DNA from: Mobula hypostoma | Taxonomy: Eukaryota | Assembly (NCBI RefSeq): GCF_963921235.1 | Contig: NC_086101.1 | Span: forward strand, 2,730,001-2,794,000 | DNA length: 64,000 bases | Reading direction: 5' to 3' | Shown here: one piece after another, positions 24,501-38,900 of the stretch | Layout: each line of letters opens with the position of its first letter | How positions within the stretch are numbered: position 1 is the first letter of the stretch | Program-made: the position numbers and the translations under genes | Notes under the pieces: model-generated | What the model was told of the DNA's origin: nothing | The model's database searches: none | Seen by the model: only the letters and a program-made list of their open reading frames with translations

Positions 24501-27500
24501 TCCAACATCTTCCCAATGACTGAGAAACTAACTGGCCTATCGTTTCTTTTCTTCTGCCTCTCTCCCTTCATAAAGAGTGGAATGACCTTTGCAATTTTCC
24601 AGTCTTCTGGAAGAATTCCAGAATTTAATGATTCTTGAAAGATCAAGAGAGATTGGGAAACGAAATGGTCTGAAGTTAGATAAGACTGGGCTTGTACACG
24701 CTGGAATTAAGGAGATTGAGGGGGGATCTGATTGAGACATATAAGATTATTAAGGGATTGGACAAGATAGAGGCAGGAAATATGTTCCAGATGCTGGGAG
24801 AGTCCAGTACCAGAGGGCATGGTTTAAGAATAAGGGGTAGGTCATTTAGGACAGAGTTGAGAAGGAACTTCTTCTCCCAGAGAGTTGTGGAGGTGTGGAA
24901 CGCGTTGCCTCAGAAGGCAGTGGAGACCAATTCTCTGGATGCTTTCAAGAAGGAGCTAGATAGGTACCTTATGGATAGGGGAATCAAGGGTTATGGGGAC
25001 AAGGCGGGAACGGGGTATTGATAGTAGATGATCAGCCACGATCTCAGAATGGCGGTGCAGGCTCGAAGGGCCAAATGGTCTACTTCTGCACCTATTGTCT
25101 ATTGTCTATCATTACTATTGCTTGCACGATCTCTTCAGCCTTCTCTTTCTGAATTCTGGGGTGTGCACCATCTGGTCCAGGTGACTTATCTAACTTCAGA
25201 CCATTTCATTTCCCAAGAACCTTCTCTCTAGTTATGGTATCTTCACATATCATGCCACCAGACACCTGGAACTCCTACCACACTGTAGTATCTTCCAAAG
25301 TGAAGATTGATGTAAAATGCTGTACTAATTTGTTGTCTCCCAGCATCATTTCCCAGTGGTATGATATCCAATCTCGCTTCTCTTTTACATGTTATGTACC
25401 CAAAGAAACTTTTGTTACACTCCTTAATATTATTGGCTAGCTTACTTTCATATACCATCTTTACCTTCTTAATTATTTTTCATTGTCTTCTGTTGGGTTT
25501 TAAAAACTTCCCAATCCTTTTACTTCCTACTAATTATATCTCAATTATATGACTTCTCTTTAGCTTTTAGGTTGGCTTTGACTGTTCTTGTTAGCTGTAA
25601 TTGTGTCATCTTTCCTTTAGAACACTTCTTTCTCTTCGGGATGTAGATATCCTCTGCCTTCCAAATTGCTTCCAGAAATTCCTGCCATTGCTGCTCTGCT
25701 GTCATCCCCGCCAAGGTTCTTTTCCAATCAATTCTGGCCAATTCCTCTCTCATGGCTCTGCAATTCCCTTTATTCCACTGTAATAATTATACATCTGAAT
25801 TGAGATTCTCCTCAAACTTTAGGGTGAATTCGATCATATTATGATCGCTTTCTCCTGAGAGTTCTTTTACATTAAGTTCCCTGATCAATTCTGGTTCAAT
25901 AAGGCAGATGAATTTGTAGCACAGTATGAGATTGGCATGTATGATGTTTTCGGCATTACTGAATCATTGGAAGCTTAACATCCAAGGATACACACTGTAA
26001 AAAAAGATCAGACAGATAGGCCCAGGGGGTGGGGTCGTTCTGTCGGTAAAAATAAAAGAAATCAAATAATTAGAAAGAGGAGGTGTAGAATAAGAAAGTG
26101 TAGAATCATTTTGCGTAGAGCTAAGAAACTGCCTGGGTAAAGAGATCGGAATGAGAATTAAACATAGACATCCCAACTGTAGTAAAGATGTGGCCTACAA
26201 ATTACAAAGAGTGATAGAAAACGCGTGTCAAAAGGGCAAAGTTATGGTAGTCACGGGAAATTTAAATATGCAGGTTGATTTGGAAAATCTGATTGATGCT
26301 GGATCCTAAGCAGAGGAATTTTAGACTGGCCACAAGATGGATTTTTAGAGCAGTTCATGGTTCAGCCATGAGTATTCTGGATGTATGTTGTGCAATGAAC
26401 TGGAATTGATTAGAGAGCTTGAGGAAAATGATCCTTACAATGACCATAATATGATACAATTTACCATGCAACTTGAGAAGGAGAAGCTAAAGTCAGATGT
26501 ATCAGTATACACTATGTCAAGGGAATTGCAGAAGCATGAGACAGGCTGCCTAAAATTAATTGAAAGGGAACACTAGCATGGATGGCAGCAGAATGGCAAT
26601 GGCTGGAATTTCTGGGAGCAATTCAAAAGGCACAGGATAGATATATCCTAGAGAAAAAGAAAAGCAGGATGACGCAACCATAGCTGACTAGAGAAGTTAA
26701 AGCCAGCATCAAAGCCAAAGAGAAGGCATATAATAGAGCAGAAATCAGAGGGGAGTGAGAGAATTTGAAAGCTTTTACAATGCAACAAAGCCACATAAAG
26801 TCATAAAGAAGGAAAAGGTGGACTACAAAGGGATGATAGGAAATAATATTACTCATATACCAGGAGTTTCTTCAGATGTATAACGAGAGTAAATGTCAGA
26901 CCACTGCTGAGGTGGTGCTAATGGCGCCAAGGAAATGGCAGACAAACTGAATAAGTACTTTCCATCAGTCTTGATTCAGGCTGTTGACAAGGTGCCACAC
27001 ATGAGCTGGTGAACAAGCCAGGAGCCCATGGTATTACAGGAAATATACCAGCATGGAGAGAGCATTAGCTGATGGGCCAGAGGCAAAAGAATGTGAATAA
27101 AGGGGTCTTTTTTGTGGCTGGTCATGGCGACAGGTGGTGCTCTACAGCGTCAGCGTTGAGACCACTTATTTTTAGGTCATCTATCAATGACTTGTATCAC
27201 AGAATTGACGGCTTTGTGGCCAAGTTTGCAGACAGAACAAAGATATGTGGGTGTCACGTAGTGTTGAGGAAGCAGAAGGGCCAAGAAAGATGAGGAGAAT
27301 GGGCAAGGAAGTGACAGATTGGAATTCAGTGTCAGGACATGTATGGTCATGTACTTTGGGGGAAGAAATCAAAGTTTTAATTATTTGCCACATGGAGGGA
27401 AAGTTGAGAAATCTGAGATGCAATGGGCCTCCAGCGTCATTGTGCAGGATTCTCTAAAGGTCAGTCGGCGGTGAGGGAGGAAAACGTGATGTTATCAGTC

Positions 27501-30500
27501 ATATCGAAAGGACAGGAATATAAAAGCAAGGCTGTAACATTGAACTATTAGAAGGCGCTGGTGAGGCCTCACTTGGAGCATTGCGAGCAGTTTTGAGCTC
27601 CTTATCTCAGAAAAGATGTGGGGCCTTTGGGGTGGGGTCAAAGGTGGTTCACGATAATTATTCCGGAATTGAAAGGCTTATTATATGATGAGCTTGTGAT
27701 GGCTCTGGGCCTGTAATCACTAGAATTCAGAATAATGTGGGTGGGGTGGGGGCTCATTGAAGCCTGCCGAATGGTGACATGCCTCATAAGGGTGGATGTA
27801 CTGTATAGAGATTGTTTCTTATAGTGGGCGAGTCTAGAACCAGAGGACACCACCTCAGATTGAGGGCTGTCCGTTTTGAACGGAGTTGATGAGTATTTCC
27901 TTTAGCCAGAAAGTGGTGAATCTGCAGAATTTGCTGCCGAAGGTGGCTGCGGAGGCCAATTCATCTGGTATCTTTACAGTAGAGGTTGATAGGTTCTCGA
28001 TTAGCCGGGCGTGAATGGGTAAGTAGGGAAGGCAGTTTGATGGGGATAATAACTCAGCCTTGATGGAACAGAGGAGCAGGCCACAATGGCCAAACGTTCT
28101 CTGCTCTTACATCTCCTGGTCTTACGGACATCCGTGGGTTTGCAGGGTTTGATCGTGGGGTGGAGAGGCATGTGGCCATGCATCGTTGGGATTAAATTCC
28201 ACATAGTGACAACATAGCTAGCTAGAGAATCACGTTGGCACAGACCCCGGATGCACGGTGACACGGGCAACCCGAAGGCCCGCCAAGGCGATGATTAAAC
28301 TTTTCCTGCTCTCCACAGGTATTATCTTTGCTGAGGGAGAGTCCTGGAAACAGATGCGACGGTTCACCATCTCCACCCTGCGGGACTTTGGCATGGGCAA
28401 GCGGAGCATTGAAGAGAGGATATTGGAAGAGGTGTCACACCTGAGGGATCTGTTTCAGTCCTTTGAAGGTCAGGATCGAGAACATGGTCAGGGACGGGCG
28501 AGGGGTGGGGTCACTGTTCCGGAGAGAGACGGGTCTGCCCTGATGCTGTAATATTATGCTCGGATCGTCGGAGTTCCGTCTTCAATTCTGGAGCCGTGTG
28601 TAAGGAGTCTATACGTTAATAACTTAATTAGTACGTCCTCTCTGTGGAATGCGTGGGTTTTACTCAGAGCTCCGCTTTCCTCCCACGGTACAAAACATAG
28701 AACGTAGAATAGTACAGCACAGTACAGGCCCTTCGGCCCACAATGTTGTGCCGAGCCTCAAACCCTGCCTCCCATATAACCCCCCACCTTAAATTCCTCC
28801 ATATACCTGTCTAGTAGTCTCTTAAACTTCACTAGTGTATCTGCCTCCACCACTGACTCAGGCAGTGCATTCCACGCACTGTTACGTACCCCGTAACTGG
28901 GTTGCCAAACCAGCAGAAATGGATCACTCAGTTGGAGTCTGGATTACTAGAACTAAGAAAGTTTTATTAAAGAAACAAGCAACACCATGATCAAAAGGAT
29001 AATAAATGCAACAGTTCAGCAATGATAAACACACATGTGCACAGAATTAAGATAACAGCATCAATCAAGCTCTATTGTTGTCTAGGGGTAAATGACCAAT
29101 TTCAAAGTGACACAAAAGTTCAGTCCAATTTAGTAGTTCAGTTCGCAATAATCGTTGCCATGGCGATGGACAACGTGGGGGGAGGGAGAGAGAGAGAACG
29201 GGAACGACTGATCATTCAGAAACGGCTTCCACTCACAGACCGGCGATATTTGCTCACAAGCAGCTTTCGGGCGGGTCCTTTGTGATGTCACCTGAGGTCA
29301 CCGACTGTGACCCCTCCTCCAGATGCGGTCGATCCTCTGCAGTGAACCCGGCACCCAGGCAAGGGCGGACACACACCGGGTTCCCGCTGATCGTACCTTT
29401 CCACCCTGTGCGTTTAAGGTCCGATGCTTCCCACCGACTCGTGAGAGGTGCACCGCTTCCAGGGTCTCGTTACCCCGGGTGTCGTGTGTGTCCTGCCTTA
29501 GCGAACCTGTCCCTTTTTATCCCCCTGCTGGGGTATCGCCTGTCCATCACTTCAAACAGTTCAGAGTTCAAAGGGGGAGCCACTCCAGACAGCTCTCTCC
29601 CGTCCCTTCATTACACATCTCCAGATGCTGCTTCATTGTTCCTTAATCTCTCCTTCCCCTGAGGACAGGTGGCAGACCAACTGCTGATGCCACTGATGCT
29701 AACCCAGGCCAGCAAACATCTTAATTTTATGTGTATTCTCGTCACAGCACCAACCACTCTCTGAGTGAAAAACCTTCCTCTAATATCCCCCTTGAACTTC
29801 CCACCCCTTACCTTAAAGCCATGTCCTCTTGTATTGAGCAGTGGTGCCCTATGGAAGAGGCGCTGGCTATCCACTCTATCTATTCCTCTTATTATCTTGT
29901 ACACCTCTATCATGTCTCCTCTCATCCTTCTTCTCTCCAAAGAGTAAAGCCCTAGCTCCCTTAATCTCTGATCATAATGCATACTTTCTAAACCAGGCAG
30001 CATCCTGGTAAATCTCCTCTGTACCCTTTCCAATGCTTCCACATCCTTCCTATAGTGAGGCGACCAGAACTGGACACAGTACTCCAAGTGTGGCCTAACC
30101 AGAGTTTTATAGAGCTGCATCATTACATCGCGACTCTTAAACTCTATCCCTCGACTTATGAAAGCTAACACCCCATAAGCTTTCTTAACTTTCAGAGATC
30201 TGTGGACATGTACCGCCAGATCCCTCTGCTCCTCCACACTACCAAGTATCCTGCCATTTACTTTGTACTCTGCCTTGGAGTTTGTCCTTCCAAAGTGTAC
30301 TACCTCACAATTCTCCAGGTTGAACTCTATCTGCCACTTCTCAGCCCACTTCTGCATCCTATCAATGTCTCTCTGCAATCTTCGACAATCCTCTACACTA
30401 TCCACAACACCAACCTTGGTGTCATCTGCAAACTTGCCAACCCACCCTTCTATCCCCACATCCAGGTCATGAATAAAAATCACAAAAAGTAGAGGTCTCA

Positions 30501-33500
30501 GAACTGATCCTTGTGGGACACCACTAGTCACAACCTTCCAATCAGAAAGTGCTCCCTCCACCACGACTCTCTGCTTTCTGCAGGCAAGCCAATTCTGAAT
30601 TAACCTGGCCAAACTTCCCTGGATCCCGTGCCTTCTGACTTTCTGAATAAGCCTACTGTGTGGAACCTTGTCAAGTGCCTTACTAAAATCCATATAGATC
30701 ACATCCACTGCACTACCCTCATCTATATGCCTGGTCACCTCTTCAAACACAGAAACATAGAAAATAGGTGCAGGAGTAGGCCATTCGGCCCTTCGAGTCT
30801 GCACCGCCGTTCAGTATGATCATGGCTGATCATCCAACTCAGAACCCTGTACCAGCCTTCCCTCCATACCCCCTGATCCCTTTAGCCACAAGGGCCATAT
30901 CTAACTCCCTGTTAAATATAGCTAATGAACTGGCCTCAACTGGTTCCTGTGGCAGAGAATTCCACAGATTCACCACTCTCTGTGTGAAGAAGTTTTTCCT
31001 AAGCTCGGTCCTAGAAGGCTTCCCCTTTATCCTCAAACTGTGACCCCTCGTTCTGGACTTCCCCAACATCGGGAACAATCTTCCTGCATCTAGCCTGTCC
31101 AATCCCTTCAGGATTTTATACGTTTCAATAAGATTCCCCCTCAATCTTCTAAATTCCAACAAGTATAAACCTAGTCGATCCAGTCTTTCATCATATGAAA
31201 GTCCTGCCATCCCAGGAATCAATCTGGTGAACCTTCTTTGTACTCCCTCTATGGCAAGAATGTCTTTCCTCAGATTAGGGGACCAAAACTGCACACAATA
31301 CTCCAGGTGTGGTCTCACCAAGGCCTTGTACAACTGCAGTAGTACCTCCCTGCTCCTGTACTCGAATCCTCTTGCTATGAATGCCAGCATACCATTCGCT
31401 TTTTTCACCGCCTGCTGTACCTGCATGCCCAAAGAACTCCATATGTCTTGTTAGACACAAAGCCACGCTGACTCTTCCTGATCAGACCATAATTCTCTAA
31501 ATGCCTAGAGGTCCTAAGAATTTTTTCCAACAGCTTTCCCACCGCAGACGTAAGACTCCCTGGTCTATAATTACCCAGACTATCCCTATTACTTTTTTTG
31601 AACAAGGGGACAACATTCGTCTCTCTCCAATCCTCCGGTACAATTCCCGTGGATAATGAGGACATAAAGATCCTAGCCAGAGGCTCAGCAATCTCTTCCC
31701 TCACCTCATGGAGCAGACTGGATATATTCCGTCAGACCCTGGGGACCTATCTGTCCTAATGTATTTTAATAACTCCAACACCTCCTCTCCCTTAATATCA
31801 GCATGCTCCAGAACATCAACCTCACTCATATTGTCCTCATCGTCATCAAGTTCCCTCTCATTGGTGAATACCGAAGAGAAGTATTCATTGAGGACCTCAC
31901 TCACTTCCACAGCCTCCAGGAACATCTTCCCACCTTTATCTCTAATTGGTCCTATCTTCACTCCTGTCATCCTTTTGTTCTTCACATAATTGAAGAATGC
32001 CTTGGGGTTTTCCTTTACCCTACTCACCAAGGCCTTCTCATGCCCCCTTCTTGCTCTCCTCAGCCCCTTCTTAAGCTCTTTTCTTGCTTCCCTATATTCC
32101 TCAATAGACCCATCTGATCCTTGCTTCCGAAACCTCATGTATGCTGCCTTCTTCCACCTAACTAGATTTTCCACCTCACTTGTCACCCATGGTTCCTTCA
32201 CCCTACTATTCTTTATCTTCCTCACTGGGACAAATTTATCCCTTACATCCCGCAAGAGATCTCTAAACATCGACCACATGTCCATAGAACATTTCCCTAC
32301 AAAAACATCACCCCAATTCACACCCTCAAGTTCTAGCCTTATAGCCTCATAATTTGCCCTTCCCCAATTAAAACATTTCCTGTCCTCTCTGATTTGATCC
32401 TTTTCCATGATAATGCTAAAGACTGTCCCCCACCTGTGTTTAAACCAACCCACTGTGGGTAATGTTCCGAGGTTCATTGTCCGTTCAGAAATCTGATGAT
32501 GGAGGGGAAGAAGCTGTTCCTGAATCAATGAGTGTGTGCCTTCATGCTCAGCTACATCCTACTAGATGGTAGCAACGAGAAGATGGGACATCCTGGATGG
32601 AGGAGGTCCTAAATGATGGTTGCCTACTTCACCAGGAATCAGCTTCTGAAGATGTCTATTACTGGGCAGCTAGAGTTTGTGACGAAACAGGCTAAGTTTC
32701 TCTGCAGCATTTTCCGATCCTGTGTGCACCAGACGGCAATGCCAGCATTCAGAGTGCTCTCCATTACACATCTGTACAATTTTGCTCGAGTCTTTGGTGA
32801 CATACCAATTGTCCGCAAATGTCTTCTCACATGTAGCTGCAGACGTGCCTTCTTTCCAGTTGCATTATCCTGTTGAGCCGAGGATACTCAGAGATGTTGA
32901 CACTTAGCAGCGCGCATATTCTTACCCCCAGGGTGCATCGATGTTGGGTGTCAGCCCTGACTGCGGTCTCCGGTGGGCAAGTGAAGGATCTAGTTGCGGT
33001 GGGAGGCACGTAGGCTCGGATTTTGGAGTTTGTTAATCAGTACTGAGGGTATTGACAGGTGAGAGTAGATATAGGACCGATAGAAAATGATGCTGGAGAA
33101 ATTGTAATGGGAGATGAGGAGATGGCAGAGGAACTGAACAAGTATTTTGCATCAGTCTTCACTGAGGAAGACATCAGCAGTATACCGGACACTCAAGGGT
33201 GGCAGGGAAGAGAAGTGTGCGCAGTCACAATTATGACAGAGAAAGTACTCAGGAAGCTGAATAGGCTAAAGGTCGATAAATCTCCTGGACCAGATGGAAT
33301 GCACCCTCGTGTTCTGAAGGAAGTAGCCGTGGAGATTGTGGAGGCATTAGCGATGATCTTTCAAAAGTAGCTAGATTCTGGCATGATTCCGGAGGACTGG
33401 GAGATTGCAAATGTCACTCCGCTATTTAAGAAGGGGGCAAGGAACCAAAAAGGAAATTATAGACCTGTTAGCTTGACATCGGTGGTTGGGAAGTTGTTGG

Positions 33501-35966
33501 AGTCGATTGTCAAGGATGAGGTTACAGAGTACCTGGAGGCATATGACAAGATAGGCAGAACTCAGCATGGATTCCTTAAAGGAAAATCCTGCCTGACAAA
33601 CCTATTACAATTTTTTGAGGAAATTACCAGTAGGCTAGACAAGGGAGATGCAGTGGAGGTTGTATATTTGGATTTTTAGAAGGCCTTTGACAAGGTGCCA
33701 CACATGAGGCTACTTAACAAGATAAGAGCCCATGGAATTACAGGAAAGTTACATACGTGCATAGAGCATTGGCTGATTGGCAGGAAACAGAGAGTGGGAA
33801 TAAAGGGATCCTATTCTGGTTGGCTGCCGGTTACCAGTGGTGTTCCGCAGGGATCAGTGTTGGGGCCGCTTCTTTTTACATTGTACATCAACGATTTAGA
33901 TTATGGAATAGATGGCTTTGTGGCTAAGTTTGCTGATGATACGAAGATAGGTGGAGGGGCCGGTAGTGCTGAGGAAACAGAGAGTCTGCAGAGAGACTTG
34001 GATAGATTGGAAGAATGGGCAGAGAAGTGGCAAATGAAGTACAATGTTGGAAAGTGTATGGTTATGCACTTTGGCAGAAAAAATAAACGGGAAGACTATT
34101 ATTTAAATGGGGAAAGAATTCAAAGTTCTGAGATGCAACGGGACTTGGGAGTCCTCGTACAGCACACCCTTAAGGTTAACCTCCAGGTTGAGTCAGTAGT
34201 GAAGAAGGCGAATGCAATGTTGGCATTCATTTCTAGAGGAATAGAGTATAGGAGCAGGGATGTGATGTTGAGGCTCTATAAGGCGCTGGTGAGACCTCAC
34301 TTGGAGTACTGTGGGCAGTTTTGGTCTCCTTATTTAAGAAAGGATGTGCTGACGTTGGAGAGGGTACAGAGAAGATTCACTAGAATGATTCTGGGAATGA
34401 GAGGGTTAACATGTGAGGAACGTTTGTCCGCTCTTGGACTGTATTCCTTGGAGTTTAGAAGAATGAGGGGAGACCTCATAGAAACATTTCAAATGTTAAA
34501 AGGCATGGACAGAGTGGATGTTGCAAAGTTGTTTCCCATGATGGGGGAGTCTAGTACGAGAGGGCATGACTTAAGGATTGAAGGGCGCCCTTTCAGAACA
34601 GAAATGTGAAGAAATTTTTTTAGTCAGAGGGTGGTGAATCTATGGAATGTGTTGCCATGGGCAGCAGTGGAGGCCAAGTCATTGGGTGTATTTAAGGCAG
34701 AGATTGATAGGTATCTGAGTAGCCAGGGCATCAAAGGTTATGGTGAGAAGGCGGGGCAGTGGGACTAAATAGGAGAAAATGGATCAGCTCATGATTAAAT
34801 GGCGGAGCAGACTCAATGGGCCGAATGGCCTACTTCTGCTCCTTTGTCTTATGGTCTTGTGGTCTTATGATGGTGTTGAGCACTGGGCTGTAATCAGTAA
34901 ACATCAGTCTGACGTACGGGATACAACACCGGGTGGAGAAAAGAGAAAACAAAGTCCATTTAAGTGCAAAGTGATCGAAGTAGTCGTAGTTGCTAAATTG
35001 TCATGATTAGTGTTGTGCTGGTTGGCTCAAGATCTGAATAGTTGAAGGGAAGTAGCTTTTATTGAACCTGGCAGTGTGGCACTTCAGGTTTCTGTACCTC
35101 CTGCCCCATGGCGCTGGAACAGATGGCGCATCTTGGACGGCGGTGATCTTTCATGGCAGATGTTGCTTCTTGAAGCAGCGCCCCTGTAGGTACCACAGAC
35201 ACTGCTCGCTGCAGTGATACAGCTTTGAACGGGGAGTGAATAATGCCGCCACGTTACCAGTAAAGCAGATTCGGATTCGAATTGATTTATCACGTGTACA
35301 CGGAAACGTGCATTGAAATGCGCCGTTTGCGTTAACAACCAGCACAAATGGCGATATGTTGTGCAGCCCGCAAGCGTCAAAACACATTCTGGTGCCAAAC
35401 TAGCATGCAGAAGAAGTTCAGCAGAATAACTCAAGCAGAAAAACGTCACCAACAACAACAAAACGACAACAGGGAAAAATCACTTCTCTACCCTCCCATC
35501 CGCTCAGATAAGCCTTCATCCTCAGGATGTCTAGTCCTCAGCTCCAGACTCACAGATTGGCAGGCATCGAGGCTCCGACCTCCAGTTCCCGGCCCAAGCT
35601 CACATCTCCCGATTCTACCCCTCACCCGCACACCATTGTAAACCAACAGCCGCCAATTAACATGCTGAACTGCAGGCGTTTGGGTTGTGGGTAGAAACGG
35701 AAGCATTCTGGAGAGACCTGGGCGTGGGCTGTTTGAAGGAGGTGGAGGTTACGAGGCTCTGGAGCTGTGGAGAATGGGACGTGTGACTGGTTGAGAGGTC
35801 GTTGGAGGGGACTGCTCTACCCATGACTGTGTGGCCATGTACAACTTAAACCATATGTGGACGAGGAGGCTTACAGGAATGAAATAGATCATGCGGTTGA
35901 GTGATACAACAAGCTCGCTGGCACTCAATGCCAACAAGACCACGGGATTGACTGTGGACTTCGGGA

Positions 35967-35999
<33 letters not shown>

Positions 36000-38900
36000 G
36001 GGGGGGGGTTGGCAAGGACCCCATAAGAGCATAAGGCATAGGAGCAGAATTGGGGGTGGCATGGACCCCTTCATGCCCTGACCAATACAGAATCTGCCAA
36101 CCCGTGCCTTAAATATGCATAAAGACTTGGCCTCCACAGCTGCCTTTGGCAAAGAATTCAACAGATTTACCACCCTCTGGCTAAAGAAATTCCTCCTCAT
36201 CTCCATTCTAAAAGGATTCTGCCCTATTCTCTCCCACCATAGGAAACATTCACTCCACATACACTCTGTCAAGGACTTTCACCATTCGATACGTTTCAAT
36301 TAGGTCACCCAACATTCTTCTGAATTCCAGAGAATTCAGGCCCAGGGCCCTCAAACGCTCTTCACATGACAAGCCATTGAAACATCGAACCATTTTGTGA
36401 ACCTCCTTTGAAAGCTCCCTAGTTTCAGCACATCTTTTCCAAGATAAGGGACCCTAAACTGCCCACAGTACTCCAAGTGAAGTCTCGCCGGTGCTTTATA
36501 AAGTCTCAACTTTACATCCTTGCTTGAAATGAGGGCTAATATCGCATTTGCCTTCCTCAACACAGCCTTGGGGAATCTTGCAAGGACACTCCAGTACCTT
36601 TGCGACTCAGATTTTTGAATTTTCTCTCCATTTAGAAATAGCCTACCCTTTTATTTCTTCTACCAAAGTGCATGACCTTATACCTCCTGATACTGTATTC
36701 TATCGACCATGTCTTTGCCCATTCTCCTAATCTAAGTCCTTCTGTAGCTGCTCTACTTCCTCAAAACTACCTGCCCCTGCAGCTATCTTCATATTGTACG
36801 CAAGATTTGCAACATCTTACATGCAGTGCAAAGAGAGTCGGTCCCAGAATAGACCCCGCGGAACACTATTACCGGCAACCAACCAAAAAAGGCTCCCTTT
36901 ATTCCCACTCTGCAATACCATGGGCCCTTAACGTGTTAAACTGCCTCATATGCGGCACCTTGTCAAATCCTTCTGCAAATCCAAGTACGCAAAATCAACC
37001 GATTCTGCTTTGCTTATCCTGCTTGCAATTCCTTCCAACAATTCCATCAGATTTGTCAGGCATGATTTTCCCTTGAGGAAACCGTGCTGACTATCGCCTA
37101 TTTTATCACGTGTCTCCATGTACCCCCAAAGAACATCCTTAACAATAGACTGTAACAACCACTGAGGTCAGACTAACTGAGTATAATTTCCCTTCTTCGG
37201 CTCCTCTCTCTCCTTGAAGGGTTGTGTGCATTGGCAATTTTACAATCTTCTGGAAACAATCCAGAATCTAGTGATTCTTTAAAGATCATTACTGAGGCCT
37301 CCAGCACCTCTTTCAGAACCCTGGGTGGACACCAACTGGTCCAGGTGACTTTTCTAACTTCAGATCTTTCACCTTCCCAAGGATCTTCTGTCTGGTAATG
37401 GCAAGGTCACACACTTCTGTCCCCTGACACTCTGGAACTTCCAGCGTACAATCTCCCACAGTTAAGACAGATGCGAAAACTTGATCAGTTCACCCTTCAT
37501 TTCCTTGTCCCCCATTACTACCCCTGCAGCATTGTTTTCCAGCAGTCCGATATCCACTCTCCCCTTATAGTTTATGTATCTGAAGACACTTTCATATCCT
37601 CTTTAATATTATTGGCTCGGTGAATTTCGTATTTCATCTTTTGCTTCTCAATGACTTTTTATTGCCTCTGTTGCTTTTTGAAAGCTTCCCAATCCTCTAA
37701 CTTTCCACTAACCTATGCACTGTCTTTGGCTTTTATGTTGGCTTTGACTTCTCTTGTTATCCATGGTTGTGGCATCTTGCCTTTAGGATACTTCTGCCTC
37801 CTTGCGATGTATCTATCCTGTGCCTTCCAATTTGCTTCCAGGAATTGGAGATGAGGAGGAATTTTCTTTAGCTAGAGAGTGATCAATCTGTAGAATTCTT
37901 TACCATAGGCTGCTGTGGAGGCCATGTGTTTATGTATATTTAAGACAGAGGTTGATGGATTCTTGCTTGGTCAGGGCATGAGCGGCAGGAGACTGGGCCT
38001 GAAAGGAGAATTAGATCAGCAATTGTGATCCTTTTAAACCTTGATCTCAGACCTGATTGACAGCTGGCTCTTGCCACTTGTTCACTGGTCGCTGCCAACT
38101 CAAATCTATTCTCTTGCCTTCTTCCCGAAACTTTTGATGTCATGACTAATTAAGGGCCAATCAACTTCCTCTTTAAATATACCAATGACTTGGCCTCCAC
38201 GTGAATCTGTGGCAATCAGTCCCACAGGTTCACCATCATCTGGCAAAAGAAATTCCTCCTCATCGCTGTACAGAGCCAATAGTAAACACACATCGCAATC
38301 CTTTTATTCCCTTGATAATTCTCTTGAACCTCCCCTGGAGCCTCTCCAAAGCTAGCACGTCCATTCTCGGGTAAGGAGACCCAATACTGCTCCAAGTGTG
38401 GTCCAACCAATTCCAAATGGAAAGGGTTGCCTGTCCATCAGGCTGTGGAGACCATACCAGTCCCAGCAGGATACCATTCTTGGAATGTCAAGAATGGCCC
38501 AACAAGGACTGGGACCGGGAGGGAGGTGTGGATACGGCAGGATGAAGTGTGGGTCTCCTCTCTGACTCTCCCTTCTCTCTCCAGGTCGCCCCTTCGATAC
38601 CACCATCCCTATGAACTGCACCATCGCCAATATCATCTGCACGATTGTGCTCGGAAAGCGATTTACTTATGAGGATGAAACGTTTGTGACCCTCATCAAT
38701 CTGGTGAACGAAAACTTCCAGCTAGTTGCATCTCCTCTGGTCCAGGTGAGGTCCAAGAGTGGTAGCGTAATGCAGCACGGAGACCATGCAGTCTGTGTCA
38801 AATTATTATTCCGCCCGATCCCACCAACTCACACCCAGACCACAGGGGTCCATATCCCTTCCATTCATCTACCTATCCAAATTTCCCTCAAATGCCGAAA

